Shown here: positions 1-12,093 of the stretch, in pieces
Layout: each line of letters begins with the position of its first letter
Position numbering within the stretch: position 1 is the first letter of the stretch
Sequence record: DRR723986_3114
Length of the DNA: 33,563 nt
Direction: 5' to 3' (one strand)
The notes under the pieces: model-generated
The model's database searches: none
The model's input: only the letters and a program-made list of their open reading frames with translations
Told to the model about the DNA's origin: nothing
Program-made: the position numbers and the translations under genes

Positions 1-52
1 TTGCGGCACCAGAACCTAAATCTGGCGTGTATACCAATTTCACCACATCCGC
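1..52 (-). tRNA. tRNA-Leu(TAG), 5' part; 3' end cut by window edge
   Basis: Reverse complement reads GCGGATGTGGTGAAATTGGTATACACGCCAGATTTAGGTTCTGGTGCCGCAA: D-arm with TGGTA, anticodon stem CCAGA/TCTGG around TT-TAG-GT, then the start of a long variable arm. Confidence 0.93.
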
Positions 53-122
53 ACACTTGTAAATCGTTGAAAACTAACGACTTAACGTGACTTCGTTTGA
101 CTGCTGCCAAACGAGGGTCGGA

Positions 123-151
123 ATTGTGCCACAGGGTCTGCCCGCAATCAA
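123..151 (-). promoter_or_regulatory. Probable sigma70 promoter for tRNA-Leu
   Basis: Minus strand TTGATT-17 nt-CACAAT followed by a GC-rich discriminator (tccgaccc), upstream of the tRNA. Confidence 0.55.
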
Positions 152-168
152 GCAAAGCCCTGCGACAA

Positions 169-185
169 GGCCCCACAAAGGGGCC
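169..185 (-). terminator. Hairpin after fadA (possible weak terminator)
   Basis: GGCCCC-5 nt-GGGGCC 15 nt after the fadA stop; only a short U tail. Confidence 0.4.
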
Positions 186-200
186 GGAGGGGCTGAACGC

Positions 201-1379
<1,179 letters not shown>

Positions 1380-1394
1380 TCAGTCTCCGCCCGA

Positions 1395-3542
1395 TTATTT
1401 AAAGAAAGATTCGCCTTTGGCCGCCATCTCACGCAGGCTGTCAGTAACCTGGTAAAGCTTGCCAAGATCAGCGTAGCGATCAGCCATTTCTACAAATGCC
1501 TTCACGCCCATTTGGTCGATGTAGCGCAGTGCGCCACCGCGGAATACCGGGAAACCGATACCCATCACCAAGCCCATATCGGCATCGGCAGGGTCGCGAA
1601 CAATCCCCTCGTCCAAACAGCGAACCGTTTCAACACACATTGGGATCATCATGCGAGCGAGAATGTCCTCATCGCTGATTTCCACTTTGTTTTGCTGCGC
1701 TTGTGCCGCCATAGACAGAGCCGTTTCGTCCTCGGCCTTCTTGGGCTTACCGCGCTTGTCTTCCTCGTATTTGTAGAAACCCAGGCCATTTTTCTGGCCG
1801 TAGCGGTTTGCTTCAAACATCATTTGAGAGATGCCTTTGAAATCGTGGCGCATGCGATCCGGGAAGCCTTCTGCCATTACCTCTGCAGCATGGAAGCCGG
1901 TATCGATACCCACCACGTCCATCAGGTAAGCCGGACCCATTGGCATACCGAAGCTTTCCATTACTTTGTCCACGTGGCGGAAATCCGCACCGTCGCGAAC
2001 CAGCATGTCGAAGCCAGCGAAGTATGGGAACAGCACTCGGTTTACAAAGAAGCCTGGGCAGTCGTTAACGACGATAGGCGTTTTACCCATTTGCAGGGCA
2101 TATTTAACGGTGCGCGCAACGGTGGCATCGCTGGTTTTTTCGCCGCGAATAACCTCTACCAAAGGCATGGCATGCACAGGGTTAAAGAAGTGCATACCAC
2201 AGAAATTCTCTGGTCTTTCAAGAGCTTCTGCAAGATAGCTAATAGAGATTGTAGAAGTATTAGAAGCCAAAACCGCATCTTCACGGATGTGCTTTTCGGT
2301 CTCAGCAAGTACGGCGTGCTTCACCTTGGGATTCTCAACAACCGCTTCGACGATCACGTCGGCAGCGTCAAACCCATCGTAATTCAAGGTGGGACGAATG
2401 CTGCTCAGTACTGAGGCCATTTTATCCGGGGTCATACGACCGCGAGCAACGCGCTTGGAAAGCAGCTTGCCAGCTTCTTTCAAACCCAGCTCAAGACCGG
2501 CTTCAGCGATATCTTTCATCAAAATGGGCGTGCCCTTGTAGGCAGATTGGTAAGCGATACCGCCACCCATGATACCGGCGCCCAAAACTGCGCCTTGTTT
2601 TACGTCGCCACCGGCTTTCGCGGCGGCTTTGGCTGCTTTGCTAACGCTCTGCTCGTTCAGGAACAAGCCGACCAATGCGTTGGACTGCGGGGTGCGTACC
2701 AGCTTGATGAAATGGTCAATTTCAACTTCGATAGCTTCATCGCGGCTCAACGTCGCGTTGCGCTCCATCGATTTTACGGCAGTCACAGGCGCGGGCATGT
2801 TCTTACCTGCTTGCTGTGCAACCATGGCTTTACCGGTAGTAAAGGCCATCATGCGCTCAATATCGTTCAGCTTGACTGGCGATTTTTTCTCTTCGCGGCG
2901 CGCTTGGTAATCAAACTCACCGGCAATGGTTTTCTTCAGCAGATCAACGGCGGCATCTTTCAACAACTCAGGTGCAACCACCGCATCTACGCCGCCATCT
3001 TTCAAGGCAGCATCAGGCTTTTGCTGGTTACCAGTAGCCACCCACAGGTTCGCGTTGTCGCAACCAATAACACGCGGCAGACGCACAGTGCCGCCGAAAC
3101 CTGGGTTGATACCCAACTTCACTTCGGGCAGACCAACCACAGCGCTGCTAGACATCACGCGGAAGTCACAGGCCAAACACATCTCATAACCACCGCCCAG
3201 TGCAACGCCATTAATGGCAGCGACAGTGGGTACCGGCAGGTCTTCAAAAGCGTTGAACACATCATTAGCTTGCGAGCACCATTGACGCAGCTCGTCATCT
3301 GGCAACTTGAACAGCTCGGTGAATTCGGTGATGTCAGCGCCGACGATAAATACCGCCTTACCACTGGTAACCACAACACCTTTCAATCCGGATTCGGCAG
3401 CCAAAGCTTTGGTCGCCTCCCCCAACTCTTCGAGAGTGATGCGGTTAAATTTGTTGACGGAATCGCCCTGGAGGTCGAAGCAGAGCTCCGCGATGCCATC
3501 TTCCAGAAAGCTTGCGCTTAACGCCTTGCCTTGATAAATCAT
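1395..3542 (-). CDS. fadB: Fatty acid oxidation complex alpha subunit FadB
   Basis: Crotonase domain ([25 protein letters not shown]) plus 3-hydroxyacyl-CoA dehydrogenase domain ([15 protein letters not shown]). Start moved to MIYQG (ATG 3540-3542) behind GAGGG SD. Confidence 0.96.
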   Translation of the reverse strand: MIYQGKALSASFLEDGIAELCFDLQGDSVNKFNRITLEELGEATKALAAESGLKGVVVTSGKAVFIVGADITEFTELFKLPDDELRQWCSQANDVFNAFEDLPVPTVAAINGVALGGGYEMCLACDFRVMSSSAVVGLPEVKLGINPGFGGTVRLPRVIGCDNANLWVATGNQQKPDAALKDGGVDAVVAPELLKDAAVDLLKKTIAGEFDYQARREEKKSPVKLNDIERMMAFTTGKAMVAQQAGKNMPAPVTAVKSMERNATLSRDEAIEVEIDHFIKLVRTPQSNALVGLFLNEQSVSKAAKAAAKAGGDVKQGAVLGAGIMGGGIAYQSAYKGTPILMKDIAEAGLELGLKEAGKLLSKRVARGRMTPDKMASVLSSIRPTLNYDGFDAADVIVEAVVENPKVKHAVLAETEKHIREDAVLASNTSTISISYLAEALERPENFCGMHFFNPVHAMPLVEVIRGEKTSDATVARTVKYALQMGKTPIVVNDCPGFFVNRVLFPYFAGFDMLVRDGADFRHVDKVMESFGMPMGPAYLMDVVGIDTGFHAAEVMAEGFPDRMRHDFKGISQMMFEANRYGQKNGLGFYKYEEDKRGKPKKAEDETALSMAAQAQQNKVEISDEDILARMMIPMCVETVRCLDEGIVRDPADADMGLVMGIGFPVFRGGALRYIDQMGVKAFVEMADRYADLGKLYQVTDSLREMAAKGESFFK

Positions 3543-3604
3543 TGTTTTCCCTCTATTCGAGTTCTCTAGTCGAGATGTTGGCGGCGGCATTTGCCTGAAG
3601 CAAC

Positions 3605-3662
3605 ATGTTTACCATGTAAACATTCGGGTGCTAAAACTACCGGAAAGCGTAATTTATGGCAA
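3605..3662 (-). promoter_or_regulatory. fadBA promoter with downstream palindromic operator candidate
   Basis: Minus strand TTGCCA (3657-3662)-17 nt-TAGTTT (3634-3639); perfect inverted repeat ATGTTTAC-N3-GTAAACAT at 3605-3623 just downstream of the predicted start site. Confidence 0.6.
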
Positions 3663-3692
3663 GCCGCCACGTAAAATCCCCGCTCACCCGAC

Positions 3693-4754
3693 CTACTCGG
3701 TCAGGCAATCCGGGTCAAACCTGTACTCCTCTCGCAGCCAAGCAGCCAACTCCCCTGCAGCGGGATCCGCTATGCGGTCACACCTGGATGCAATTGCCGC
3801 TTTTAATGCCGCCGGCATACCATCCAAGCCCTCATTCTGGAACATTGGCGCATACTCCGCCAATAATTGCGCCAAGTCTTCGGGCAAACTCCCCAGCGCG
3901 GCCTTGAAAAGGCTGTCTTGCGCGATAGTTTCGCCTGCATATACCGAGGCGAGCCCCATCAGCGGTAGTAACGATAGGTGAAACTGGTTCATCGGGTTCA
4001 CGAAATGTCCGCTCGCCAGCGTTTTTAGTGACGACGGGCGCCCGGAAAATGGCAGGGTATTGAGAAAGCGACTGCTCTTTTTGCCATCATTGACAGGGTA
4101 GTTATCCCACAACAATGGCCTTCGGCCAAGGATCGACGCGGCTCGATGCATGTCGTCAGCGTCGTAGGCAGTAGTGATAACCCGCGGTCCCGTCCACAGG
4201 ATATCGACATCCTCAGACAAGCCCTCATTGAGGGTCGCAAAATAATCCTTCGGGCAATCGCCAAACAGGCTTTCCAGTATCGGGTCTTCGCTGTAATAGC
4301 TCGGGCAAATCGCCAGCGGGGTATCGGGCAACACCTGCCGAACCGCATCCACGACTCGTAATTGGCTTACTGCTAATTCAGGCACCCCCGCAGGCAGGTC
4401 ATCAAACAAAATCCATAGCTGGGACGGCCACAGCGCTTTAATTTGTTGCAGCTTTCGCCTCAGGTCACTGCCATCCGCTTCCGTGAAGTGAGCTTGCAGA
4501 CCGGCGGGAGACAGACCAACACCCCAGCCAATACCGGCTTCGCGCGCGGATTCCGAGAGGCTGCGCAATCGCGCAAAGTGCCCTGCGTCGAAGTCTTCGC
4601 GCCAACGACTACGCAGACTGCTGTCGCCTTTCGGGGCGTAGATATACGCCGAATACCCCCAATCCGCGAGCATCTTCGGCAGAGATTGACGCTGGGGCCA
4701 ACTCCACTGGCGGCCGTAGAAACCCTCTATGACACCCAGCTGAAACGGAAGCAT
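3693..4754 (-). CDS. GH84-family beta-N-acetylglucosaminidase (O-GlcNAcase/hyaluronidase-like), no signal peptide
   Basis: Motifs GVIEGFYG, YIYAPKGD, catalytic LFDD, WTG, WDNYPVND, NPM. Start MLPFQLG overlaps the gcvT stop (TAATG at 4752-4756). Confidence 0.88.
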   Translation of the reverse strand: MLPFQLGVIEGFYGRQWSWPQRQSLPKMLADWGYSAYIYAPKGDSSLRSRWREDFDAGHFARLRSLSESAREAGIGWGVGLSPAGLQAHFTEADGSDLRRKLQQIKALWPSQLWILFDDLPAGVPELAVSQLRVVDAVRQVLPDTPLAICPSYYSEDPILESLFGDCPKDYFATLNEGLSEDVDILWTGPRVITTAYDADDMHRAASILGRRPLLWDNYPVNDGKKSSRFLNTLPFSGRPSSLKTLASGHFVNPMNQFHLSLLPLMGLASVYAGETIAQDSLFKAALGSLPEDLAQLLAEYAPMFQNEGLDGMPAALKAAIASRCDRIADPAAGELAAWLREEYRFDPDCLTE

Positions 4755-5869
4755 TAGCCGCGATAGTAGCGCTGGGGAACAAAACTGCCGCTGCGAACGG
4801 CCACGGGAATTTTCTTGCCTCTCAGCTCGGCAAACAGCGTTTGTTGCTCCATCGCCGAACACGCGATGTAGGCCATCGCCAGCGGTCCACCCGTCGACGG
4901 GCCAAAGCCCCCACTGCAGACCTCACCGACACGTTCGCCGTCAGCATTGACAATGGCGCTGTGCTCACGAACCGGCGCTCGCCCTTCCACATCTAACAGC
5001 ACCCGCTTCTCAGCAACGCCATCTTGAAGTTGCTGAGCAATCACGCTGGCGCCGATGTACCCGCCCTCTCTCTCGCCGCCTGGACGCCGGCATTTTTGGA
5101 TTGCCCACAACAAGCCCGCTTCAATTGGGCTGCGAGATTGGTCCATATCGTGCCCGTACAAGCACAGCCCGGCCTCGAGGCGCAGCGAGTCGCGAGCCCC
5201 CAAACCAATAGCCTCCACTTCAGGTTCAGCTAAAAGCGCTTTTGCTAATTTTTCGGCATCGGCGCTGGCCACAGAAATTTCATAGCCATCCTCGCCAGTG
5301 TAACCGGAGCAGCTCAGCCAGCAATCAATGCCCGCCACGCTGATAAAACCTGTATCCATAAAGCGCATGGCAGCCGTTGTCGGCGCCAACTTACTTAGCA
5401 CGGCGCGAGCTTTTGGCCCCTGCAATGCCAGTAGTGCGCGATCATTTTGCAGCTCAACCTGTATTGATGAAGGCAGGTGCTCACGCAGCCAGGCGGCATC
5501 GTCGTTTTTACATGCGGCATTGACCACTAGTAGAAAATCATCGCCGCGATTGGCAAACATCAGATCGTCACGAATACCGCCTTGCTCATTTAGCATTAAG
5601 CCGTAGCGTTGACGCCCCGCTGCCAGACCGAGCACATCTTGAGGCAGTATTTTCTCCAGTTCCCGAGCTATATTTTCACCTTGAAGGCGAATTTGCCCCA
5701 TGTGCGATACATCGAACAAACCTGCCGCTTCTCTGGTATGAAGGTGCTCTTTCTTTACACCCAGAGGATATTGCACAGGCATTTCATAACCGGCGAAGGG
5801 CACCATTTTTGCGCCAAGGTCGATATGAAGCTGGTAGAGCGCGGTGCGCTGGAGATTGGAATCACTCAA
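4754..5869 (-). CDS. gcvT: Glycine cleavage system aminomethyltransferase T
   Basis: RTALY..H..LGAKMVPFAGYEMPVQY, GLFDVSHMGQ, GYTGEDGYE, GLGARDSLRLEAGLCLYG; TTG start. Confidence 0.95.
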   Translation of the reverse strand: MSDSNLQRTALYQLHIDLGAKMVPFAGYEMPVQYPLGVKKEHLHTREAAGLFDVSHMGQIRLQGENIARELEKILPQDVLGLAAGRQRYGLMLNEQGGIRDDLMFANRGDDFLLVVNAACKNDDAAWLREHLPSSIQVELQNDRALLALQGPKARAVLSKLAPTTAAMRFMDTGFISVAGIDCWLSCSGYTGEDGYEISVASADAEKLAKALLAEPEVEAIGLGARDSLRLEAGLCLYGHDMDQSRSPIEAGLLWAIQKCRRPGGEREGGYIGASVIAQQLQDGVAEKRVLLDVEGRAPVREHSAIVNADGERVGEVCSGGFGPSTGGPLAMAYIACSAMEQQTLFAELRGKKIPVAVRSGSFVPQRYYRG

Positions 5870-5903
5870 AATTTGTCCCCACGGTAAGATGCGGTGAAGT
5901 AGC

Positions 5904-6677
5904 TCACACTAAATTGAAAAGTCGGTCGAAATTCCTGCTGCTCTGCTCAGCAACCTGCTCAAAACTCAGCCCTTTTAGTTCGGCAACACACTCGGCGACC
6001 TCGCGAACGTATTTGGGCTCATTTTTCTTGCCGCGATAAGGCACCGGCGCAAGATAGGGAGAATCGGTTTCCACCAGCAAGCGCTCCATCGGTACTTTTT
6101 TTACCACGTCGCGCAGCTCGGCGGCATTCTTGAAGGTGATAATGCCCGAAAAGGAAATGTAGTAGCCCATCTCCATGGCTGCGCTGGCCATTTCCCACGA
6201 TTCGGTGAAGCAGTGCAGCACACCAGCAACCTTTGGGTCGCCGTGCTGCTGTATCAACGACAGGGTATCTTCACGGGCGTCACGCGTGTGCACGATGACG
6301 GGCTTTCCCGTTTTTACTGACGCCTTCAAGTGATTGGCGAAGCTGCCTTGCTGCAGCACTTTCTTCTCAGCGCTGTAGTAATAGTCGAGCCCAGTTTCGC
6401 CGATCGCAATCACTTTCTCCTGGGCTGAGAGTTCAACCAAGGCATCGACTTCACAAATATCTTCACTGATATCCAAGGGGTGAATCCCCACAGATGCATA
6501 GATATTGTCGAACTGCTGTGCGATTTCTACGACTTTGGGGGCATTATTTAAGTCGATGCCAATGCACAACATTCTATCTACCCCACGCTCCTGCGCGGCG
6601 CGAACCGCAGCGGCAAGCTCGCCATCGTATGGACTGAGGTCAATGCGATCCAGGTGACAGTGGCTGTCTACCAACAT
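5904..6677 (-). CDS. TatD-family deoxyribonuclease (YcfH-like)
   Basis: DSHCHLD, IGETGLDY, VHTRDA, LHCFT, ETDSPYLAP motifs; conserved position after holB-pilZ. Confidence 0.94.
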   Translation of the reverse strand: MLVDSHCHLDRIDLSPYDGELAAAVRAAQERGVDRMLCIGIDLNNAPKVVEIAQQFDNIYASVGIHPLDISEDICEVDALVELSAQEKVIAIGETGLDYYYSAEKKVLQQGSFANHLKASVKTGKPVIVHTRDAREDTLSLIQQHGDPKVAGVLHCFTESWEMASAAMEMGYYISFSGIITFKNAAELRDVVKKVPMERLLVETDSPYLAPVPYRGKKNEPKYVREVAECVAELKGLSFEQVAEQSSRNFDRLFNLV

Positions 6678-6719
6678 AGTAAAAGGGTTTCCAAATTTGC
6701 TATCGAGGAGGGACTACAA

Positions 6720-7073
6720 TTACATGGTATGGGTCGGTTTTTCCGACTCCAGTATTCCGGCTAACTGCTGCTCTATTTTTTGGTTGGCGGTTTTGTCTTC
6801 ACCAATGAACTGAACACCAATACCCGCCGCACGATTACTTTGCGCACCACGCGGGGTAATCCACACCACTTTTCCGGCAACGGGGATTTTTTCCACTTCG
6901 TCCATCAGCGTCAGCAGCATGAAGACTTCATCGCCAACCTTGTAGGATTTGGTCGTTGGCACAAATAGACCACCATCGCGAATAAACGGCATGTATGCCG
7001 CATACAACACTGCTTTATCACGGATTGTCAGGGACAAAATACCGTTGCGCGCGCCCTGCTGTGCTCCACTCAT
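6720..7073 (-). CDS. pilZ: Type IV pilus assembly protein PilZ
   Basis: GILSLTIRDKAVLYAAYMPFI..GGLFVPT and AGKVVWITP..AQ..RAAGIGVQF, ending PTHTM; follows holB. Start at ATG 7071-7073 after GGGGAAGG. Confidence 0.92.
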   Translation of the reverse strand: MSGAQQGARNGILSLTIRDKAVLYAAYMPFIRDGGLFVPTTKSYKVGDEVFMLLTLMDEVEKIPVAGKVVWITPRGAQSNRAAGIGVQFIGEDKTANQKIEQQLAGILESEKPTHTM

Positions 7074-7137
7074 GAACCCTTCCCCATTTGTGCCCACCGC
7101 CTGCATCGGGTGTTCGGCGAGTTATGTTTCTACTATA

Positions 7138-8133
7138 TCAATAAGCCCGCGACGGCGCACGGCCATAAAAGGCATCAAACCAGTCCAGTAGCAGCTTCTC
7201 CAATACCAGGCGTTTATTGAGCGCCGCACCGCGAAGCAAGGTCGCCCGCAATCCCAAGGCTTGCTCGTATTGCAGATAAACCGCCGGCAGGGCCATAGAC
7301 GTGTAAGCCTGCCAACGCGCGTTCAACGGCTGACCGGCCGACAAGTGTTTGATCAGTGCCGCCAAGCGATTCAGCCACCACTCAAGCACGTCTGGTACTT
7401 CCCGGTCTTGCCAGCTATCGGCCAGTTGCAGCACGGTCTTTTTGCCCTCGACCACCTCAGCCAGCGCGGCGTCCTGCGCTCGCCATTGGCTCAGGCCATC
7501 GCTCTCATAAAGCTGTTGAGCGGCCAGAGGACGCCCGCCAGACTCCCGCAGCAGGGCCTCGGCGTCCTCAGTCTGCCCTAACTGATTCTGCAACCATTTC
7601 AGGGCACTGTTGTGTTCGGGCAGGGGGAAGGTAAGCTGCACGCAGCGCGAGCGAATAGTCGCCAACAACTGACTCGGCGAGTGACTCAGCAAAACCAGTA
7701 CGGTGTCGCCCGCCGGCTCCTCCAGGGTTTTCAGTAAGGCATTTGCGGTGTAGGGGTTCATCGCCTCAGCGGGGTGAATCAATACCAGCTTACGGCCACC
7801 CTCTCGGTAAGCACTTTGCGAAGTAAATTGCTGAAGAGCGCGGACCTGATCAACACCAATCTGGCGCTTGCCCTCTTCCGGGCAAAGCTCGCGGATATCC
7901 GGGTGACTGCCACTCTGGTAAAGCTGGCACGAATGGCATTCACCACAAGCCAAAAAATTTTTTTGGTGTTCACACAACAGGCTGCAAAGCAGCGCCCGAC
8001 CAAACTGCAGCTTGCCGATACCCGAGGGCCCACCCAGTAACAGCGCATGGGGAAACCGCTGCCCTTCATGTAAGCCTGCCAGCTGCTGCCATTGTGGCAT
8101 TTGCCAGGGATAACTCAGCGGCATACTGCTCAT
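7138..8133 (-). CDS. holB: DNA polymerase III delta' subunit
   Basis: YPWQ N-terminus, HALLL.GPSGIGK, Zn module [25 protein letters not shown]; downstream of tmk. Confidence 0.95.
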   Translation of the reverse strand: MSSMPLSYPWQMPQWQQLAGLHEGQRFPHALLLGGPSGIGKLQFGRALLCSLLCEHQKNFLACGECHSCQLYQSGSHPDIRELCPEEGKRQIGVDQVRALQQFTSQSAYREGGRKLVLIHPAEAMNPYTANALLKTLEEPAGDTVLVLLSHSPSQLLATIRSRCVQLTFPLPEHNSALKWLQNQLGQTEDAEALLRESGGRPLAAQQLYESDGLSQWRAQDAALAEVVEGKKTVLQLADSWQDREVPDVLEWWLNRLAALIKHLSAGQPLNARWQAYTSMALPAVYLQYEQALGLRATLLRGAALNKRLVLEKLLLDWFDAFYGRAPSRAY

Positions 8134-8768
8134 GCCCCAGCCCCCTGCAATACCTCTTGCAGCACCTGGTGAATATCCTGCTGCACTGCTTCCAGCGCTT
8201 GCGAGGCATCAATCACCCGGTATCGCTCCGGCTCAGCGTGCGCCTGATCCAAATAGCCCTGGCGCACGCGCTGAAAGAAATCTGCCTGCTCGCGCTCGAA
8301 GCGATCGAGCTCCCCGCGACGACTCGCGCGCCCCATACCGACCTCAATAGGGGCATCGAGCAACAGCGTAAGATCCGGTTGCAACTCAGCCTGCACCAAT
8401 TGGCGCAACTGCTGAATAACTGCCACAGATAGGCCTCTCCCAGCTCCCTGGTATGCCATGGTGGCATCCGTAAAGCGATCACAAATCACCCAGGTGCCGG
8501 CGTTTAGCGCAGGGATTATTTTCTGTTGTAAATGCTGCGCTCTCGCCGCGAACACCAGCAATAACTCCGTCAGCTCTGCCATCGGCTCATCGCGAGGCTC
8601 GAGCAACAATTCGCGAATACTCTCCGCTAAAGCGGTACCGCCCGGCTCGCGGGTTTGGATATAGGGAATGCCCGCCGCCGCCAGCGTATCGACGATAAAC
8701 GCCATATTGCTGGACTTTCCGACGCCCTCCCCACCTTCCAGGGTAATAAATCGCGCAGTCGTCGGCAT
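8130..8768 (-). CDS. tmk: Thymidylate kinase
   Basis: [15 protein letters not shown]-loop, [22 protein letters not shown]. Confidence 0.96.
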   Translation of the reverse strand: MPTTARFITLEGGEGVGKSSNMAFIVDTLAAAGIPYIQTREPGGTALAESIRELLLEPRDEPMAELTELLLVFAARAQHLQQKIIPALNAGTWVICDRFTDATMAYQGAGRGLSVAVIQQLRQLVQAELQPDLTLLLDAPIEVGMGRASRRGELDRFEREQADFFQRVRQGYLDQAHAEPERYRVIDASQALEAVQQDIHQVLQEVLQGAGA

Positions 8769-9829
8769 TAGCGTTTCTCCGTAGCCACAGGGCTGGATCG
8801 ATAATCACTGCGTCGACGCAGCTGGTAGCGTTTCACCGCAGCCTCATGCTCGGCCAAGGTGGCCGAAAATTGATGGCTGCCATCACCCTTCGCCACAAAG
8901 AACAAGCTATCACCTGCCACTGGGTGAAGGGCTGCGTGAATGGCTTCTCGCCCAGCCAATGCTATCGGCGTTGGCGGCAAGCCGTTGATTCTGTATGTGT
9001 TGTAAGGGTTACTGGCGTCACGCAAATCTCGCCCACGGATGTTGCCGCGGTAGGCCTCCCCCATTCCATAAATGACAGTTGGGTCTGTCTGCAAACGCAT
9101 ACCACGCTGAAGGCGTCGAACAAATACGCCGGCGATCTCGCCGCGCTCATGGGGCACGCCGGTCTCTTTCTCGATGATCGACGCCATAATCAGCGCTTCA
9201 TAGGCGGTTTTATATGGCAAGCCGTCCGCTCGCGCCGCCCACTCTTCATTTAATACTCGCTGTAATCGCTGGTAGGCGCGGCGCAACAACATCTCGGCTG
9301 AATCACCGCGATGAAAGTCATAGGTATCAGGGAAAAACAAACCTTCCGGGTTTTCTGCCAGCGGCTGTTCGATACCAAGACTGGACCAAAACTGCTCATC
9401 GGTCGGGAGTTTCATATCCTCAGCATCAATCAAGGCGTGGGACGACAATTGCTGTATTACCTGGCCAAGCGTAGAGCCCTCGACAAAGGTCAATTGATGG
9501 CTCAGCACCTCGCCATCGCGGAGCATTTGCAGCCATTCTCGCACGCTGGTGCCGGGCTCTAGGCGATACTCCCCCGCGCGAATTTCTGCCTGTGATGGAA
9601 ATAAGCGGCCGTAGATCTTCAGTACATCGGGCTGTGTGAGCCACCCCTGTGAGGCGGCCTGATTAATGGCAGCAGAAAACCCGGTCCCCCGGTTCAGTAC
9701 AAACGTTTGGGCAGTCTCGCCCAGATTCAGAGCCCGGTCAAAGTAGCGATCGATATATGCCAGCAAGAGCAGACAGAGGATTACAACGGGAAAAATAAGC
9801 GCTATCGCAGCGCGAAATAATTTACGCAT
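8768..9829 (-). CDS. mltG: Endolytic transglycosylase MltG (YceG)
   Basis: N-terminal TM segment, [33 protein letters not shown]...GLPPTPI. Start probably MRKLF, overlapping the pabC stop. Confidence 0.95.
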   Translation of the reverse strand: MRKLFRAAIALIFPVVILCLLLLAYIDRYFDRALNLGETAQTFVLNRGTGFSAAINQAASQGWLTQPDVLKIYGRLFPSQAEIRAGEYRLEPGTSVREWLQMLRDGEVLSHQLTFVEGSTLGQVIQQLSSHALIDAEDMKLPTDEQFWSSLGIEQPLAENPEGLFFPDTYDFHRGDSAEMLLRRAYQRLQRVLNEEWAARADGLPYKTAYEALIMASIIEKETGVPHERGEIAGVFVRRLQRGMRLQTDPTVIYGMGEAYRGNIRGRDLRDASNPYNTYRINGLPPTPIALAGREAIHAALHPVAGDSLFFVAKGDGSHQFSATLAEHEAAVKRYQLRRRSDYRSSPVATEKR

Positions 9830-10640
9830 GAAATTGAGATTCAAAATGTGCCTGCGCCGCTCGGCTCATCGGACCGATAGATTTCTGTAGACAGCCGATA
9901 GACAGCACCGGCCACAGGCCAAAAACACTATTGCATACAAAGATTTCGTCAGCACGTTGGAGCATTGACGGGCCCATATTTACTTGAAGAGTCGGTATTC
10001 CCTGCGCTTTCGCCCAGTGCAGTATTTTCTCCCGCATGATACCTGCAACACCACTCTCGTTCAGCGACGGTGTATACAGTTTTCCGGAACTTACGGCAAA
10101 CAGGTTACTTCGCGTTCCTTCTATTACGCGGCCACTGGTATCCAGCATCAAGCCTTCATCGCAAGTACTGCGTTGCAACTCCTCGGCGGCCATTACCTGC
10201 TCCAACCGGTTGCAATGTTTAATGCCGGCAAACTGGGCATTCATTGCCATGCGAGTTTGACACAACATAAGTCGGGCGCCGTGGCGCCACAACTCACCAC
10301 CAGGTGCTGGCCAAAGGGATAATAAGCGCTCTGCAGTGCGCGATTGAGGCTGGTAGCCGCGCCCGCCACTGCGGCGAAAACACAGAATCTTAAGGACTCG
10401 CCTACCTTTTACCGGCGCGCAGATTGCGCGAACGTCCTCGCGCAAGGCTACGCTATCGATGTCTAACTGCAAGCGCGTCGCACCGGATAACAGTCTCGCC
10501 AGGTGCTCGTCCAGCCATAACGGCTTACCCTCATTCACCAATAGGGTTTCGTACAGCCCGTCGCCATAGGCCATACCTCGATTCGCCGCTAAAGATCGAT
10601 CACAGGGCTTGCCGTTAAAAATGGCCTGTTTATCTACCAT
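9822..10640 (-). CDS. pabC: Aminodeoxychorismate lyase
   Basis: RGMAYGDGLYET, GIKHCNRLEQV (PLP Lys), EGTRSNLF, GVAGIMR; conserved fabF-pabC-mltG order. Confidence 0.92.
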   Translation of the reverse strand: MVDKQAIFNGKPCDRSLAANRGMAYGDGLYETLLVNEGKPLWLDEHLARLLSGATRLQLDIDSVALREDVRAICAPVKGRRVLKILCFRRSGGRGYQPQSRTAERLLSLWPAPGGELWRHGARLMLCQTRMAMNAQFAGIKHCNRLEQVMAAEELQRSTCDEGLMLDTSGRVIEGTRSNLFAVSSGKLYTPSLNESGVAGIMREKILHWAKAQGIPTLQVNMGPSMLQRADEIFVCNSVFGLWPVLSIGCLQKSIGPMSRAAQAHFESQFHA

Positions 10641-10654
10641 CCGAGAGCGCCAAC

Positions 10655-11899
10655 TCAGCCTTGATAGCGACTGAAAAGCAAGCTGCCGTTAGTGCCACCA
10701 AAACCGAACGAATTCGACATGGCGTGCTCAATCCGGCGCTGCTGGGCAGCGTTGGGAACGTAATTCAGGGTACAGCCCTCATCCGGCGTCTGTAGATTTA
10801 TGGTCGGCGGCGCCACCTGATCGCGAATGGCAAGCACCGAGAATATCGCCTCAACAGCGCCAGCCGCGCCCAGTAGATGCCCAACCATTGATTTGGTGGA
10901 GCTTACCGCCACCGCATCAGCCGCCGATCCCATTAAGCGCTCTATCGCCCGGCTTTCTGCAACATCGCCCGCCACCGTGGAGGTGCCGTGGGCATTGATA
11001 TAATCCAGTACCGCGGCATCTTTTTGGGCATCGTTCAATGCCGCTTGCATTGCCGCAAGGGCACCGCGGCCGTCTTCTGGTGGAGAGGTCATATGAAAGG
11101 CGTCGCAGCTCATACCAAAACCGCTCAACTCAGCGTAAATTGTCGCGCCGCGCTGCCTGGCAGATTCAAGTTCTTCCAGTACTAGCATGCCCGCGCCATC
11201 GCCCAATACGAAGCCATCGCGCTCTTTGTCCCAGGGGCGGCTTGCGCCCTGGGGATCATCGTTGCGCGTCGACATTGCCCGCGCCGCGGCAAAGCCGCCC
11301 AAGCCAACCGGCGTGGTTGCCATCTCGGCACCACCAACAAGCATCGCATCGGCATCGCCGTAGGCGATCATGCGCGCCGCCATACCAATATTGTGGGTAC
11401 CCGTGGTGCACGCGGTGGTGATCGCTATGCTTGGCCCCTGAAGGTTGTGGCGGATCGCCATCAGTCCCGCCACCATATTGATGATCGCGCCTGGCACCGT
11501 GAACGGTGACAGCTTTCTCGGGCCACTCTTCTCGATAGTCATCCGGCTTTTTTCAATCAAGCCGATACCGCCAATACCAGAACCAATAGCGGTTCCTACG
11601 CGATGCGCATTGCTGTCTTGTATCGCCAGCCCAGAATCACTCAGGGCCTGCTCTGCTGCCGCAATGCCATAGTGGATAAACGGATCAAAGCGCTTGGCTT
11701 CTTTCGCCGACATATACTCGTCGACAGAAAAATCCTTTATCGAGGCCCCAATACGCGTTGCATACGCCGAGGTATCAAAGCTATTTATTTCGGCAACCCC
11801 GCTGCGCCCCTCGAGAATCTGCTGCCAGCTTTCTGCAACGGAATTACCGAGTGGGCTCACCATCCCCAATCCAGTTACCACCACTCTGCGCTTTGACAT
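10655..11899 (-). CDS. fabF: Beta-ketoacyl-ACP synthase II
   Basis: [15 protein letters not shown] (catalytic Cys), [34 protein letters not shown]. Confidence 0.97.
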   Translation of the reverse strand: MSKRRVVVTGLGMVSPLGNSVAESWQQILEGRSGVAEINSFDTSAYATRIGASIKDFSVDEYMSAKEAKRFDPFIHYGIAAAEQALSDSGLAIQDSNAHRVGTAIGSGIGGIGLIEKSRMTIEKSGPRKLSPFTVPGAIINMVAGLMAIRHNLQGPSIAITTACTTGTHNIGMAARMIAYGDADAMLVGGAEMATTPVGLGGFAAARAMSTRNDDPQGASRPWDKERDGFVLGDGAGMLVLEELESARQRGATIYAELSGFGMSCDAFHMTSPPEDGRGALAAMQAALNDAQKDAAVLDYINAHGTSTVAGDVAESRAIERLMGSAADAVAVSSTKSMVGHLLGAAGAVEAIFSVLAIRDQVAPPTINLQTPDEGCTLNYVPNAAQQRRIEHAMSNSFGFGGTNGSLLFSRYQG

Positions 11900-12025
11900 G
11901 AATACCTCCAGCTACCTATTTTCTATGCTCGCTAACCCTACAGAAACTGGCTATCTGATACCGAGCTACCGCCTTTCCCGGCAGAATACTATCGCAATCT
12001 GCGCGCAAACTTTATCTTCAGGCAT

Positions 12026-12062
12026 AAAAAAAGCCGCTCTATGTTCATAGAAACGGCTTTTT
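12026..12062 (-). terminator. Rho-independent terminator after acpP
   Basis: Minus strand AAAAAGCCGTTTCTATG-AA-CATAGAGCGGC-TTTTTTT. Confidence 0.85.
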
Positions 12063-12093
12063 CCTTGCGGGAATTCCCGCCTGTGCAGAAAAC

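Noticed and set aside
4755..4862. N-terminal extension of the GH84 ORF given in the ORF track
   Set aside because: It overlaps the gcvT 3' end; the TAATG-coupled ATG just before the first GH84 motif is more plausible.
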